Assembly: GCA_951812955.1 (NCBI GenBank)
Contig: OX638340.1
Coordinates: 1,184,001-1,248,000, forward strand
DNA length: 64,000 nt
DNA from: an uncultured Gemmatimonadota bacterium
Lineage (GTDB): Bacteria; JAAXHH01
Reading direction: 5' to 3'
Made by a program: the position numbers and the translations under genes. Positions 54,534 to 64,000 of this stretch are shown here, piece by piece. The first letter of the stretch is position 1. Each line of letters begins with the position of its first letter. Below the pieces are notes generated by a model that worked only from the letters and a program-made list of their open reading frames with translations, had not been told where the DNA came from and ran no database searches.

Positions 54534-54562
54534 TTGACACGTCCATGTCCGCCAGGTATACT
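54534..54562 (+). promoter_or_regulatory. Consensus-like sigma70 promoter (TTGACA-N17-TATACT) ~65 nt upstream of the iorAB-like gene
   Basis: ttgaca at 54534-54539, a 17-nt spacer, tatact at 54557-54562. The downstream ORF starts GTG 54628. Confidence 0.55.
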
Positions 54563-54627
54563 ATCGCCATGTTTTATACGCGTGCGATCCCAGATTTCAG
54601 GCGTCACAGGACCAGGCAGGCACTTAC

Positions 54628-57600
54628 GTGACCAACGACTCCTTCCAAGAACCATCGCTACGGGACAGATACCTCGAAGAACGGGGGACGGTCTTTCTCA
54701 CCGGCATACACGCCATCGTCCGTTTTCTCGTGGACAAGCAGCGGCGCGACCTGAATTCCGGCGGTCCCATAAGAAGCAGTTTCATATCCGGTTACGAAGG
54801 ATCGCCGCTGGGCGGGCTCGACCTCGAAATTCGCCAGCAGGCATCCCTGCTAAATGAAGCGGCGCCTTTTGTGCACCAGGCGGCGGTCAACGAGAAAACG
54901 GCGGCCGCGGCGGTACATGGCAGCCAGTTCGAAGGCGGCGTGGACGGGTTCTGGTACGGTAAAGCCCACGGCGTAAAATGGGCCCTAGACGAGTTCAGCC
55001 TGGCCAACATCGCGGGGACGGGCAGGGACAGCGGCGTGGTCCTCTTTGCCGGGGACGATCACATGGCGAAGAGCTCCGGTTACCCCGCCAGCAGCGAACA
55101 GGCCCTACGAGACGCGCGCATACCCGTATTCTACCCTTCGACGGTCTCCGAGGTCGTCAGCTACGGACATCACGCACTCGCACTGAGCCGGTACGCCGGC
55201 GTCCTCTGCGGACTTAAACTCGTCACCCCCATCTGCGACGGTGCGGAGACGGTGGATATCGATCCGGACCTTCCTGCGGTTCTGCTTCCCCCGGTCGGCC
55301 CGGTCGGCCAGGTCGGCACGGACGGACACCTTTTCGAGAAACACTTTCACCGGGTGGTCATTTCTACCCAGTCTGTCCCCTTCGAAGAAGAGCTTGCCAC
55401 GGTGCGCCTGGATATCGCCGGCGAGTACGCACGGCTGAACGGGATCGACACGGTCGATAATTCGGAATCGGACAGTTCTCTCGGTATTGTAGCGACTGGA
55501 AAGAGTTACGCGGATATCAAGCAGGCGCTAAGACTGGTGCGCCTCGAGGACCGTATACCGATCCTGAAACTGGGCGTGATCTACCCGGTAAACCGGCAGA
55601 CCATCCGGGATTTCGCCCACGGATTCCAAAACGTGCTGGTCGTCGAGGAAAAAGGGCCCTTCGTGGAAGAAGCGGTAGCCCAGGCCCTCGTAGGCACCGG
55701 CGTATCCAACGTATACGGAAAACGCGGACCAGACGGGCAGCACCTCGTGCCCGCCTACGGAGAACTGAATCCCGATCTGCTCACCCTGCGCCTTGGTCCG
55801 ATACTGCAGGGGATCTTCCCGACGGCTCCCATTTACGACCGCCTGGAAGAACTGAAAACCATCGAGGAAAGGGATCCCGGCACCTTCCTGCGCCGAACCG
55901 CCCATTACTGTCCGGGTTGTCCGCACAGCGTATCGGCCCGGGCGCCTTCCGGGGAAGTCGCTGGCGGCGAGATCGGCTGCTCCTCTCTGGACGCTTACAT
56001 CGAGGCGGACGGCAGAGGCGTCCGGTACATCCCCACCATGGGGCTGGGCGGCGCCATCTACAACGGGATGTTCCCCTTCAACGGGAACGAACACCTGTTT
56101 CAGAATATCGGTGACGGCACCGTGCTGCACAGTGGATTGATCACGCTATTCAGTTCCATATCCCACGGAGCCAACATCACCTACAAGATCCTCTGGAACC
56201 ACGTCGTGGCCATGACCGGCGGGCAGGGCATCACGGGACAGCCGACGCTGGACGATTTCACGCTCATACTCCTGGGCATGGGCGTGAGAGACGTCACGGT
56301 CGTCAGCAAATTCCCGGAGCGGGTGTCGCTCAAGCGCGCCCGGGCCGCGGTGAATACGGATCAGCGTCTCCTGCTCGAACCACGGGACCGGCTCCAGTCC
56401 GCCCAGGAAAGCCTTTCCCGGAAGCCGGGCGTAAAGGTGCTGATCTACGACCAGGAATGCGCCACGGAGTACCGCAGACGCCGCAAGCGTGAAGACCTTG
56501 CCCCGGACCGGTACGTTTACATCCACGAAAGGGTGTGCGAAGGGTGCGGAGACTGCGGTCAGCAGTCCATGTGTCTTGCGCTCGAGCCCAGGCAGACCGA
56601 GTTCGGACCCAAGACCGCCATACTCCAGTCGGCGTGCAACCAGGACCTCTCCTGCCTCAAGGGCGATTGTCCCTCATTTATCTCAGTCGAACCGGTCGGG
56701 GACAGCAGGCCCGTGAAAAAGGAATGCCCGGTTCTCGGCGAAACCGACCTGGATGAGCCTGCACGCAAAGCGGCCATAGCGGGCGAATACGCCATACACC
56801 TCATTGGGATCGGGGGCACCGGTGTCGTGACCGCGGCCCACCTGCTCGCCTTCGCAGCACTTTTTGACGGGAAGAAGGTGAGTGAGATGAACCGCACCGG
56901 ACTGGCGCAGAAGGGTGGTCCGGTGGAATCGCCCATCGTGCTGGGGGACAGGGAAATTCCTCCGTCCAGTTACATCGCGGCCGGCCGGTGCGACCTCTAC
57001 CTGGCGGCGGACATCGCCGGTGCGGTGAATCCCCTTAATCTGCAGGTCGCCTCCTCGGACAGAACCGTCGCCGTGGTAAGCCGTTCCGGCGTCCCGACCG
57101 CACAGATGGTATACGATCCCCAGGTGCCCGGCGCTGACGTCCCGGCCATGGAAGCGCTTATCGACCGCCATACCCGGTCGAAGAACAATGTCTACATCGA
57201 TGCGCAGGACTACGCGATGAAGCTCTTCGGCAACCACATCGTGGCGAACGTGTTTCTCCTGGGCGCAGCCTACCAGGCCGGATACATCCCCCTGCGGGGC
57301 GGGAGTATCGAACGCGCCATCCGTTTGAACGGACAGGCGGTCGACGCCAATCTCCAGGCGTTCCGATGGGGACGCATGGCCGTACTCGACCCGGCCCGGC
57401 TGGACGAAGCCGTGGCGGTGCCAGAACCCGATTCGGACACCCTGATTCAGCGTTACGAGCGCCAACTCGGCCACAAACTGTCACGAATCTACAAGGCGCT
57501 GATCGACCGGATACCCGTTGCCGAGGAATCCTTCCGAAAGTCATGGGTGACTCGCGTGGCCGAACTGATCGCATACCAGGACACGACACTCGCCGAACGG

Positions 57601-58185
57601 TTCGTCGACAGGATTGAACGGATCTTCGATGCCGACAAACGGACAGGGGGATCGGACCGCGGATACCTGCTCACTTCGCACGCGGTGTTCATGCTGCACA
57701 AGCTCATGGCCTACAAGGACGAGTACGAGGTGGCCCGGCTGCTGACGGACCCGACCGAAACCGGCGTCGCAGACCGTTTCGACGGTCCGGTCAAGGTGTC
57801 TTACCATCTTCACCCGCCGCTGTTGCGAGCCTGGGGACTCGATCGTAAACTCCGGCTGGGGCCATGGTTCAGGCCGATGCTTCGGATCATGGCACCTTTC
57901 AAGCGGCTGCGGGGAACCCGATTCGATCCCTTTGGATATACCGCGGCCCGGCGTGAGGAACGTGAACTCGTGACCTGGTATGAATCGTTGTTGTCCCAGG
58001 CCTTCGACTCACTCACCGCGGAGAACTACCCCGAAGTCTCCGAACTGCTGCGGCTGCCCGACGAGATCCGCGGCTACGAACAGGTCAAGCGCCGCTCTGT
58101 GATCAGGGTGAAGAAGAAGGCGGATGAAATACTCGCCGGCCTCCTTCGCCGGGACGAGAGCCTGAAAGCAGAAAGCCGGCCCTGA
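54628..58185 (+). CDS. Indolepyruvate:ferredoxin oxidoreductase-family protein (fused IorA-IorB type)
   Basis: 1185 aa. N-terminal ERGTVFLTGIHAIVRFL (TPP-dependent 2-oxoacid:ferredoxin oxidoreductase), a central cysteine cluster (CEGCGDCGQQSMC… CLKGDCPSF), and a C-terminal IorB-like domain. Confidence 0.85.
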   Translation: MTNDSFQEPSLRDRYLEERGTVFLTGIHAIVRFLVDKQRRDLNSGGPIRSSFISGYEGSPLGGLDLEIRQQASLLNEAAPFVHQAAVNEKTAAAAVHGSQFEGGVDGFWYGKAHGVKWALDEFSLANIAGTGRDSGVVLFAGDDHMAKSSGYPASSEQALRDARIPVFYPSTVSEVVSYGHHALALSRYAGVLCGLKLVTPICDGAETVDIDPDLPAVLLPPVGPVGQVGTDGHLFEKHFHRVVISTQSVPFEEELATVRLDIAGEYARLNGIDTVDNSESDSSLGIVATGKSYADIKQALRLVRLEDRIPILKLGVIYPVNRQTIRDFAHGFQNVLVVEEKGPFVEEAVAQALVGTGVSNVYGKRGPDGQHLVPAYGELNPDLLTLRLGPILQGIFPTAPIYDRLEELKTIEERDPGTFLRRTAHYCPGCPHSVSARAPSGEVAGGEIGCSSLDAYIEADGRGVRYIPTMGLGGAIYNGMFPFNGNEHLFQNIGDGTVLHSGLITLFSSISHGANITYKILWNHVVAMTGGQGITGQPTLDDFTLILLGMGVRDVTVVSKFPERVSLKRARAAVNTDQRLLLEPRDRLQSAQESLSRKPGVKVLIYDQECATEYRRRRKREDLAPDRYVYIHERVCEGCGDCGQQSMCLALEPRQTEFGPKTAILQSACNQDLSCLKGDCPSFISVEPVGDSRPVKKECPVLGETDLDEPARKAAIAGEYAIHLIGIGGTGVVTAAHLLAFAALFDGKKVSEMNRTGLAQKGGPVESPIVLGDREIPPSSYIAAGRCDLYLAADIAGAVNPLNLQVASSDRTVAVVSRSGVPTAQMVYDPQVPGADVPAMEALIDRHTRSKNNVYIDAQDYAMKLFGNHIVANVFLLGAAYQAGYIPLRGGSIERAIRLNGQAVDANLQAFRWGRMAVLDPARLDEAVAVPEPDSDTLIQRYERQLGHKLSRIYKALIDRIPVAEESFRKSWVTRVAELIAYQDTTLAERFVDRIERIFDADKRTGGSDRGYLLTSHAVFMLHKLMAYKDEYEVARLLTDPTETGVADRFDGPVKVSYHLHPPLLRAWGLDRKLRLGPWFRPMLRIMAPFKRLRGTRFDPFGYTAARREERELVTWYESLLSQAFDSLTAENYPEVSELLRLPDEIRGYEQVKRRSVIRVKKKADEILAGLLRRDESLKAESRP

Positions 58186-58269
58186 AAAGGACCGGCTCCC
58201 TACCTTAATACTGTCACACTTCAGTTTCGGTTCAGTGCGAGAGGCTTCGCGGCCTCCTGGCTCTGCTTC

Positions 58270-59484
58270 TCAGCTGCTCACCAGCACCTTCTTGAGTGCG
58301 GCGATGAAGGCCTCGTTTTCCGCCTGCAGGCCGGAGGTGACTCGCAGCCAGTTATTCATCCGCCAGCGCCGCTTGCCGTTGCCGACGAGTACGTTGTACT
58401 CTTCGAATAGTTTGCGGGTAACCTCGTCCGCGTCCTTGCGTACGTTGACGAGCATGAAACTGGACTGGCTGGGCACGTACTCGAGTCCCATCTCATCGAA
58501 CTGGCTCATGAGATAGTCATGACCGTCCCATGCGGCCTTCCGTGCACGGTCCTGGTAATCTCCATCCTCTATACAGGCCTCTGCGGCGACCACCGAGAGC
58601 GAACTGACCCGGCCGCCCTTGTTGTCCTCGAGCTTTTCGATAACATGGGGCCGCGCCAGGCCGTAGCCGATACGCAGGCCGGCCATACCCATGATCTTGG
58701 AAAAAGTACGGGTCACAATGACGTTTTCATGGTCAAGGATCAGCGGTGCCGCGCCGATGCGGTCCTGGGGATTTCGGGCGAACTCGATATAGGCCTCGTC
58801 CACGAAGACCATGACGTCGGAGGGTATCCCGCTCACAAACTTCTTGAGGTCTTCGAAAGGCGCGATGATCCCTGTCGGATTTCCCGGAGAGGTTACGACC
58901 ACGACTCGCGTATTCTCGGTGACGGCCGCCTTCATGGCATCGAGGTCCTGGTGGAAATCCCGGGTTGTGCGTACCAGGCGTGCACTGGCGCCGTAATTCC
59001 GGGCCGTACGTACCACGCCGCCGTAACCGGGCGCGGCCTCGATCATCTGTCCGCCGTCACGCAGGTAGGCCGACGCGATGGCAAAGAGTACCTCGGACGA
59101 TCCGCATCCGAGGGTGACCCACGGTTCCGGCCCTTCAGAGGAGTTGTTGGAAGGAATGACGACCGGCAGTCCGTGCCGTTCCGCGATCTGGCCGTAGAGA
59201 CCCCGGCCCCGGTAGTACCGGTTGAACTTGTAGACGTACTGCATTATGGCCTCGACGGCGCGGGGCGACGGACCGATCGGGTTCTCGTTGCTGCTCAGCC
59301 GGACTAATCCCTCGGGTACACCCCAACCGCGGACGGGCCGCGCACGCGGGCCCGCCACCATCTGGGCCACGGCTTCGTAACTTCCCAGGGAAGCCGCACC
59401 GGCCCCGATCGCAAGCCCCCTGAGAAACTTCCTTCTCGTGAACCCGGATGCTCCCAGATTCACCGCCTTTATCATATTCGACAT
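58270..59484 (-). CDS. Class I/II (HisC-like) PLP aminotransferase with a twin-arginine (Tat) signal peptide
   Basis: N-terminal TRRKFLRGLAIGAGAASLG Tat motif. LSSNENPIGPSP aminotransferase motif. 404 aa. Confidence 0.8.
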   Translation of the reverse strand: MSNMIKAVNLGASGFTRRKFLRGLAIGAGAASLGSYEAVAQMVAGPRARPVRGWGVPEGLVRLSSNENPIGPSPRAVEAIMQYVYKFNRYYRGRGLYGQIAERHGLPVVIPSNNSSEGPEPWVTLGCGSSEVLFAIASAYLRDGGQMIEAAPGYGGVVRTARNYGASARLVRTTRDFHQDLDAMKAAVTENTRVVVVTSPGNPTGIIAPFEDLKKFVSGIPSDVMVFVDEAYIEFARNPQDRIGAAPLILDHENVIVTRTFSKIMGMAGLRIGYGLARPHVIEKLEDNKGGRVSSLSVVAAEACIEDGDYQDRARKAAWDGHDYLMSQFDEMGLEYVPSQSSFMLVNVRKDADEVTRKLFEEYNVLVGNGKRRWRMNNWLRVTSGLQAENEAFIAALKKVLVSS

Positions 59485-59528
59485 AACGCCATCCTTTGAT
59501 CAGATGCTCGATACGGTCCCGCGAACGA

Positions 59529-60743
59529 TCAGCTGCTTACCAGCACCTTCTTGAGTGCCGCCATGAAGGCCTCGTTCTCCTCCTGCAGGCCGGACGTCAC
59601 CCTGAGCCAGGTGTCCATTTCCCAGCGGCGCTTCCCGTTGCCGACCATCACGTTGTACTCTTCCCGAAGCTTGCGGACGACTTCGTCCGCGTCCTTGTGC
59701 ACGTTTATGAGCATGAAGCTGGACTGGCTGGGGACGTAGTCGATCCCCATCTCGTCGAACTGGCTGGAGAAGTACTCCTGTCCGTCCCACGTCACCTTTC
59801 GCGCCCGGTCCTGGTAGTCGTGATCTTCCATTCCCGCAGCCGCGGCGTTGGTCGACAACATACTGGGCCGGCCGCCCTTGTTCTGGTTCAGCTTTTCGAT
59901 GACCTCGGGACGCGCCAGGCCGTAGCCGACACCCAACCCCGCCATGCCCATGATCTTGGAAAATGTACGGGCAACGATCACGTTCGGGTGGTCCAGAATC
60001 AGCGGCGCAGCGCCAATCCGATCGGCGGGATTCTTCGAGAACTCGATATAGGCCTCGTCGACGAATACGATCACGTCCGAGGGAACCTCCTGGACGAACT
60101 TCTTCACGGCGTCCGAGGGAACGAGCACGCCGGTCGGGTTGCCAGGATTCGTTATGACCACCACCCTGGTGTTCTCGGTAATGGCGGACTTCATCGCATC
60201 GAGGTCCTGCTGGAAGCCGCTTGCCAGCGGAACCCACTTCACCGTACCGCCGTTCGGCTCCGCGACACGGAAGACGCCGGCGTAACCGGGCGTCGCCTCC
60301 ACCACCTCGGCCCCGTCTCGCAGATAGGCGGATGCGACGGCATAAAGCACTTCCGACGATCCGCAGCCCAGGGTGACCCAGGCGCCGGCCGGCGTGAAGG
60401 CATTGGGAGCCCACTCCACCACGGGCAGTCCGTGCCGCTCGGCGATCCTGGCATAGATGTCCCTGTTCCGGTTGTATCGATTGAACGAATACACGTTTTC
60501 CAGTACGGCTTCCACCGCCCGCGGCGACGGTCCGATTGGCATTTCGTTGCCGCTCAGTCGGACGAGTCCTTCGGGTACGCCCCAGCCACGCACGGGCCGT
60601 GCATTGGGACCGGAGATCATCTGCGCCACCGCCTCGTAACTTCCCAGCGAAACGGCGCCCGCGCCTGCCATAATGCCTTTGATGAAGCCTCGCCGCGAAA
60701 ATCCGGAAGGGGCCTCCATCGTAGTTTCAGCCCTGTCTGCCAT
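59529..60743 (-). CDS. Class I/II PLP aminotransferase with Tat signal peptide (tandem paralog)
   Basis: SRRGFIKGIMAGAGAVSLG followed by LSGNEMPIGPSP. Colinear with the 58270 gene and the same length. Start taken at ATG 60743 (MADRAETTMEAPSGF…). Confidence 0.8.
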   Translation of the reverse strand: MADRAETTMEAPSGFSRRGFIKGIMAGAGAVSLGSYEAVAQMISGPNARPVRGWGVPEGLVRLSGNEMPIGPSPRAVEAVLENVYSFNRYNRNRDIYARIAERHGLPVVEWAPNAFTPAGAWVTLGCGSSEVLYAVASAYLRDGAEVVEATPGYAGVFRVAEPNGGTVKWVPLASGFQQDLDAMKSAITENTRVVVITNPGNPTGVLVPSDAVKKFVQEVPSDVIVFVDEAYIEFSKNPADRIGAAPLILDHPNVIVARTFSKIMGMAGLGVGYGLARPEVIEKLNQNKGGRPSMLSTNAAAAGMEDHDYQDRARKVTWDGQEYFSSQFDEMGIDYVPSQSSFMLINVHKDADEVVRKLREEYNVMVGNGKRRWEMDTWLRVTSGLQEENEAFMAALKKVLVSS

Positions 60744-60954
60744 GATAAACTCCTTGATGGATTGAGTGTGCAGGCTGCGGTGAAGTTCCCGGAATGCAGA
60801 ACAAACCATGAGCCTTCGCGGCCTGTAATAGTAATATACCGGGAATTCGATCCTGTAATTCAATCAATTTAATGCGCCGGAGGCAACATGACAATATAAT
60901 CGTAAGCGCAATGGATCGAGCCGGTTGACGGGACTTGCCAGGCTACTGCTCAAT

Positions 60955-61977
60955 TTACGCCGCGCACAGGTAGTCGTCCACTTCGGCCAGTCCCATGCCT
61001 TGGAGCGCCTGGCGTATCAGCTTCCGCGCGCCCCTGGAGGAAACGGCGACGACGAGCATTGGACGACTATGGCGGGACCAGGCGTCCATCAGTCCACCGG
61101 GACCGATCACCGGCGCTCCCCGCAGTATGCCGCCGATCTTACGGGGAGAAATATCGACAAAGGCATCGACCGTGCGGCCCATGCGGACAAGGTGCTTCGA
61201 CAGCCTGCGGCCGGTCTGGCCCGCGCCCCACACGATCAGACCGTCCCGGCCGTCGAGAGGGCCGTCGATGAGAAACCGGGCCTTGACGCGGAGGAAGTTC
61301 TCCACGGAGTACCTGGAGTCCGTTCTCGTCAACCGCCCGTCGTGCTCCCGCCAGTATAACAGGACCTCCGGTACCTTGGCGAACCGCAGGCCCGCTGCGT
61401 GGCAGCGAAGCCACAGGTCGTAATCCTCCGGCCAGCCGAGATCCCGGTATCCTCCGAGCTTCACGAAATCATCACGGCGCACCATGGCCGACGGGTGGGC
61501 GACAGGGCTTTCTATGTATATCTCGCGGGCGATGTCTTCGGGCTCGACAAGGCTGTTCAACCAGGCTTCGTAGATCTTCATGCCCTCACCAACCGACCCG
61601 TCGGCGAAGGTTTCCACGAGCGACCCGGCAACGCTGATATCCGGTCTGGATTCCAGCAACTCCGCCTGCCTGGCAAGTCGACTTGGATGCATGCGGTCAT
61701 CGGCGTCCATGCGGGCGACATACGTTCCTTCGCATACCGATAATCCGCGGTTCAAGGCCTCGACCAGCCCAACGCGGCCGGCGTTGACCGGCTTGATTCT
61801 CCGGTCCCCACGCCGCCAGGCCTCCAGGATCATCCCGCTGTCGTCGTCCGAACCGTCGTCGACCGCGATGACCTCGAAATCGGCCAGCGTCTGCCCGGTG
61901 ATGCTTTTCAATGCATCGGGAAGCGTTCCGGCGGCATTGTATACAGGCATCAGGATGGATACACGAGGTGGGGACAT
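60955..61977 (-). CDS. Family 2 glycosyltransferase
   Basis: N-terminal VSILMPVYNAAGTLPDALKSI…AVDDGSDD…ARMDADD (GT-A fold with DxD). Confidence 0.85.
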   Translation of the reverse strand: MSPPRVSILMPVYNAAGTLPDALKSITGQTLADFEVIAVDDGSDDDSGMILEAWRRGDRRIKPVNAGRVGLVEALNRGLSVCEGTYVARMDADDRMHPSRLARQAELLESRPDISVAGSLVETFADGSVGEGMKIYEAWLNSLVEPEDIAREIYIESPVAHPSAMVRRDDFVKLGGYRDLGWPEDYDLWLRCHAAGLRFAKVPEVLLYWREHDGRLTRTDSRYSVENFLRVKARFLIDGPLDGRDGLIVWGAGQTGRRLSKHLVRMGRTVDAFVDISPRKIGGILRGAPVIGPGGLMDAWSRHSRPMLVVAVSSRGARKLIRQALQGMGLAEVDDYLCAA

Positions 61978-62043
61978 GGCGTAGTTACGAGGAATGGTAA
62001 AGGTGCGGGTACGGCCGTTGGTGAGCGCACCCTCCGGACGGAC

Positions 62044-64000
62044 CTACCCCTTGACCACGATATTGAGCAGCTTGTCCGGCACGAAGATGTTCCGGATCGA
62101 TTCCTTGCCGTCCGTCCAATGACGCACGCGTTCGCTGGCGAAGGCGGCCTGCTCGATTTCCTCGCGGGACCTCCCGGGCGGCAATTCGAGCCTGTCGCGT
62201 ACCCGGCCGTTGATCTGGATGACGTATTCGATCGTGGCCGATACGATCAGGGACGGATCAAATTCCGGCCAGGGCGCGACGCAGATCATGCCCTCGCGGT
62301 CCATGCGTGACCACAGTTCCTGGGTGATAAACGGCGCGAAAGGCGCGGCCAACTGGAGCAGCGTGCAGACGGCGTCGCGATGATGTACCTGCGCGTTCTG
62401 CAGGCCGTTGAGCAGCTCCATGAGGCGCGCGATGGCCGTGTTGTACTGGAACGTCTTCATGTCCTCTGTGACATCGCGGGTCCTGCCGTGCAGCAACGCG
62501 AGCAGTTCGGGGTCTGCCACCGGGGCTGCGCTGAAATCGGTACCTGTGACGTAACGCCACAGACGGTCATAAAACCTGCGCACGCCGTTGATGCCCGCGT
62601 CCTGGAAATCGCCGCCCACCTGGAAAGGTCCCAGGAACATGAGGTAGGTGCGGAAGGTATCGGCCCCGTAATCGTCCAGGTATTCGTCGGGATTGATGAC
62701 GTTGCCCTTGGACTTGCTCATCTTCGCGCCGTTCCGGATGATGGTCCCGTGGGCCCGGAACTTCTTGAAAGGCTCGGAGAAGGAAATGAGTCCGATGTCA
62801 TGCAGCGCCATGGTGATGAACCGGGTGTACATGAGGTGCAGCACAGCGTGCTCGTTGCCCCCGATATACATGTCAACGGGCAGCCATCGCTCGGTGGTCT
62901 CCGGGTCGAAAACCACGTCCTCCCGTTCCGTACTGGGATAGCGGAAGAAGTACCACGCCGAATCGAGGAAGTTGTCGTTTACGTCGGTTTCCCGGGTCGC
63001 GGGGCCGCCGCACTCGGGACAGGTGGTATTCAAAAAGGACGGATCGCGCGCAAGCGGACTGCGGCCCGTACCGTCCGGCTTGAAATCCTCCTCGTGGGGC
63101 AGTACGACGGGTAACTGGTCTTCCGGAACGGGCACCACGCCGCAGTCGCCGCAGTGTATCATGGGAATGGGCGGTCCCCAGTAACGCTGGCGGCTGATGC
63201 ACCAGTCTCGCAGCCGGTAGTTGACCTGGCGCCTGCCAATACCGCTATCTTCCAGCCAGTCGGTGACCGTACGCACGCCCACGGTGCTGTGTGTCCCGTC
63301 GAAGGGCCCGCTGTTGATCATGGTCCCTTCGCCGGCATAGGCCTCCTCCAGGCCGGTGGCGCCGTCGTGTCCATTCGTCCTGTCTTCCGTTCCGCTGATC
63401 ACCTGGACGATCGGCAGATCGAAAGCCCTGGCGAACTCGAAGTCACGGCTGTCATGGGCCGGCACGGCCATGATGGCGCCCGTCCCGTACGTCATCAGCA
63501 CGTAATCGGAAATCCAGATCGGTATTCTGGCGTCGTTCACCGGGTTGACCGCGTAGCCGCCCGTGAACACACCGGTCTTTTCGCGGGTGACGTCCTCGCG
63601 TTCGATAGCCGTCTTTCGACCACTCTCCCTGACGTATTCCTTGACGTCCACACGCTGTTTTTCCGTGGTTACGGCGTCAACCAGCGGGTGTTCCGGCGCG
63701 AGGACCATATAGGTGGCGCCCCAGAGCGTGTCCGGCCGCGTGGTGAATACGCTGAGCTGCTCGTCGTGGTCCGCCAGGCGGAAATCCACCTCGGCCCCTT
63801 CGCTTCGGCCGATCCACCTGCGCTGCGCGGTCTTGGTCGTCTCGGACCAGTCGATCGTCTCCAGGTTCTCGAGGAGTTGTTTGGCGTATGCCGTAATCCG
63901 GAAGAACCACTGGCGCATGTTTCGTTGTTCGACCAATGCACCGCATCGTTCGCATGCTCCGCCCTCGGCCTGTTCCGCCGCCAGCACCGTGTTACAGGAT
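62044..64000 (-). CDS. leuS: Leucyl-tRNA synthetase, partial; the N-terminus lies beyond the window end
   Basis: Contains the KMSKS loop (KMSKSKGN) and the editing/CP1 and zinc-knuckle regions (…CERCGALVEQR…). The frame is open to position 64000. Confidence 0.93.
   Translation of the reverse strand, partial: SCNTVLAAEQAEGGACERCGALVEQRNMRQWFFRITAYAKQLLENLETIDWSETTKTAQRRWIGRSEGAEVDFRLADHDEQLSVFTTRPDTLWGATYMVLAPEHPLVDAVTTEKQRVDVKEYVRESGRKTAIEREDVTREKTGVFTGGYAVNPVNDARIPIWISDYVLMTYGTGAIMAVPAHDSRDFEFARAFDLPIVQVISGTEDRTNGHDGATGLEEAYAGEGTMINSGPFDGTHSTVGVRTVTDWLEDSGIGRRQVNYRLRDWCISRQRYWGPPIPMIHCGDCGVVPVPEDQLPVVLPHEEDFKPDGTGRSPLARDPSFLNTTCPECGGPATRETDVNDNFLDSAWYFFRYPSTEREDVVFDPETTERWLPVDMYIGGNEHAVLHLMYTRFITMALHDIGLISFSEPFKKFRAHGTIIRNGAKMSKSKGNVINPDEYLDDYGADTFRTYLMFLGPFQVGGDFQDAGINGVRRFYDRLWRYVTGTDFSAAPVADPELLALLHGRTRDVTEDMKTFQYNTAIARLMELLNGLQNAQVHHRDAVCTLLQLAAPFAPFITQELWSRMDREGMICVAPWPEFDPSLIVSATIEYVIQINGRVRDRLELPPGRSREEIEQAAFASERVRHWTDGKESIRNIFVPDKLLNIVVKG

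Noticed and set aside
1-64000. CRISPR arrays, rRNA genes and intact prophage integrase genes
   Set aside because: None found. The only regularly spaced repeats are short tandem arrays of 3-4 units with no spacer-like unique inserts.

Overview
This is a high-GC (about 63-66%) chromosomal segment from a diderm bacterium. It is densely coding and dominated by housekeeping and catabolic genes: recA, mutY, accA, leuS (partial), tatA, tatC, two tandem TonB-dependent receptors, an indolepyruvate:ferredoxin oxidoreductase, at least seven phytanoyl-CoA-dioxygenase (PhyH)-family genes, an enolase-superfamily enzyme, Gfo/Idh/MocA and SDR oxidoreductases, and a creatininase-family gene. The selenocysteine-insertion machinery is present: selB is followed immediately by a tRNA with a UCA anticodon and a long variable arm (tRNA-Sec), and selA lies 18 kb away behind a 4-copy tandem repeat. 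Three low-GC (about 42-48%) islets interrupt the high-GC backbone and look horizontally acquired. Islet 1 is an ~815-bp insert directly after tRNA-Sec, bounded by a 23-24-nt duplication of the tRNA 3' end, and carries one gene for a membrane-anchored protein. Islet 2 is a 2.4-kb cassette encoding an ABC/AAA_21-type ATPase plus a small DUF4276/Toprim-like partner, resembling two-gene OLD/PARIS/AbiL-type defence modules. Islet 3 is a 1.4-kb block encoding a 450-aa protein with an N-terminal PD-(D/E)xK nuclease motif, inserted between a TonB receptor and tatC. Other features include an IS3-family transposase remnant next to a rhodanese-like pseudogene, a TatC with a ~180-aa acidic tail, tandem Tat-signal aminotransferase paralogs, several noncoding tandem or palindromic repeats, and a consensus sigma70 promoter upstream of the ferredoxin oxidoreductase gene.
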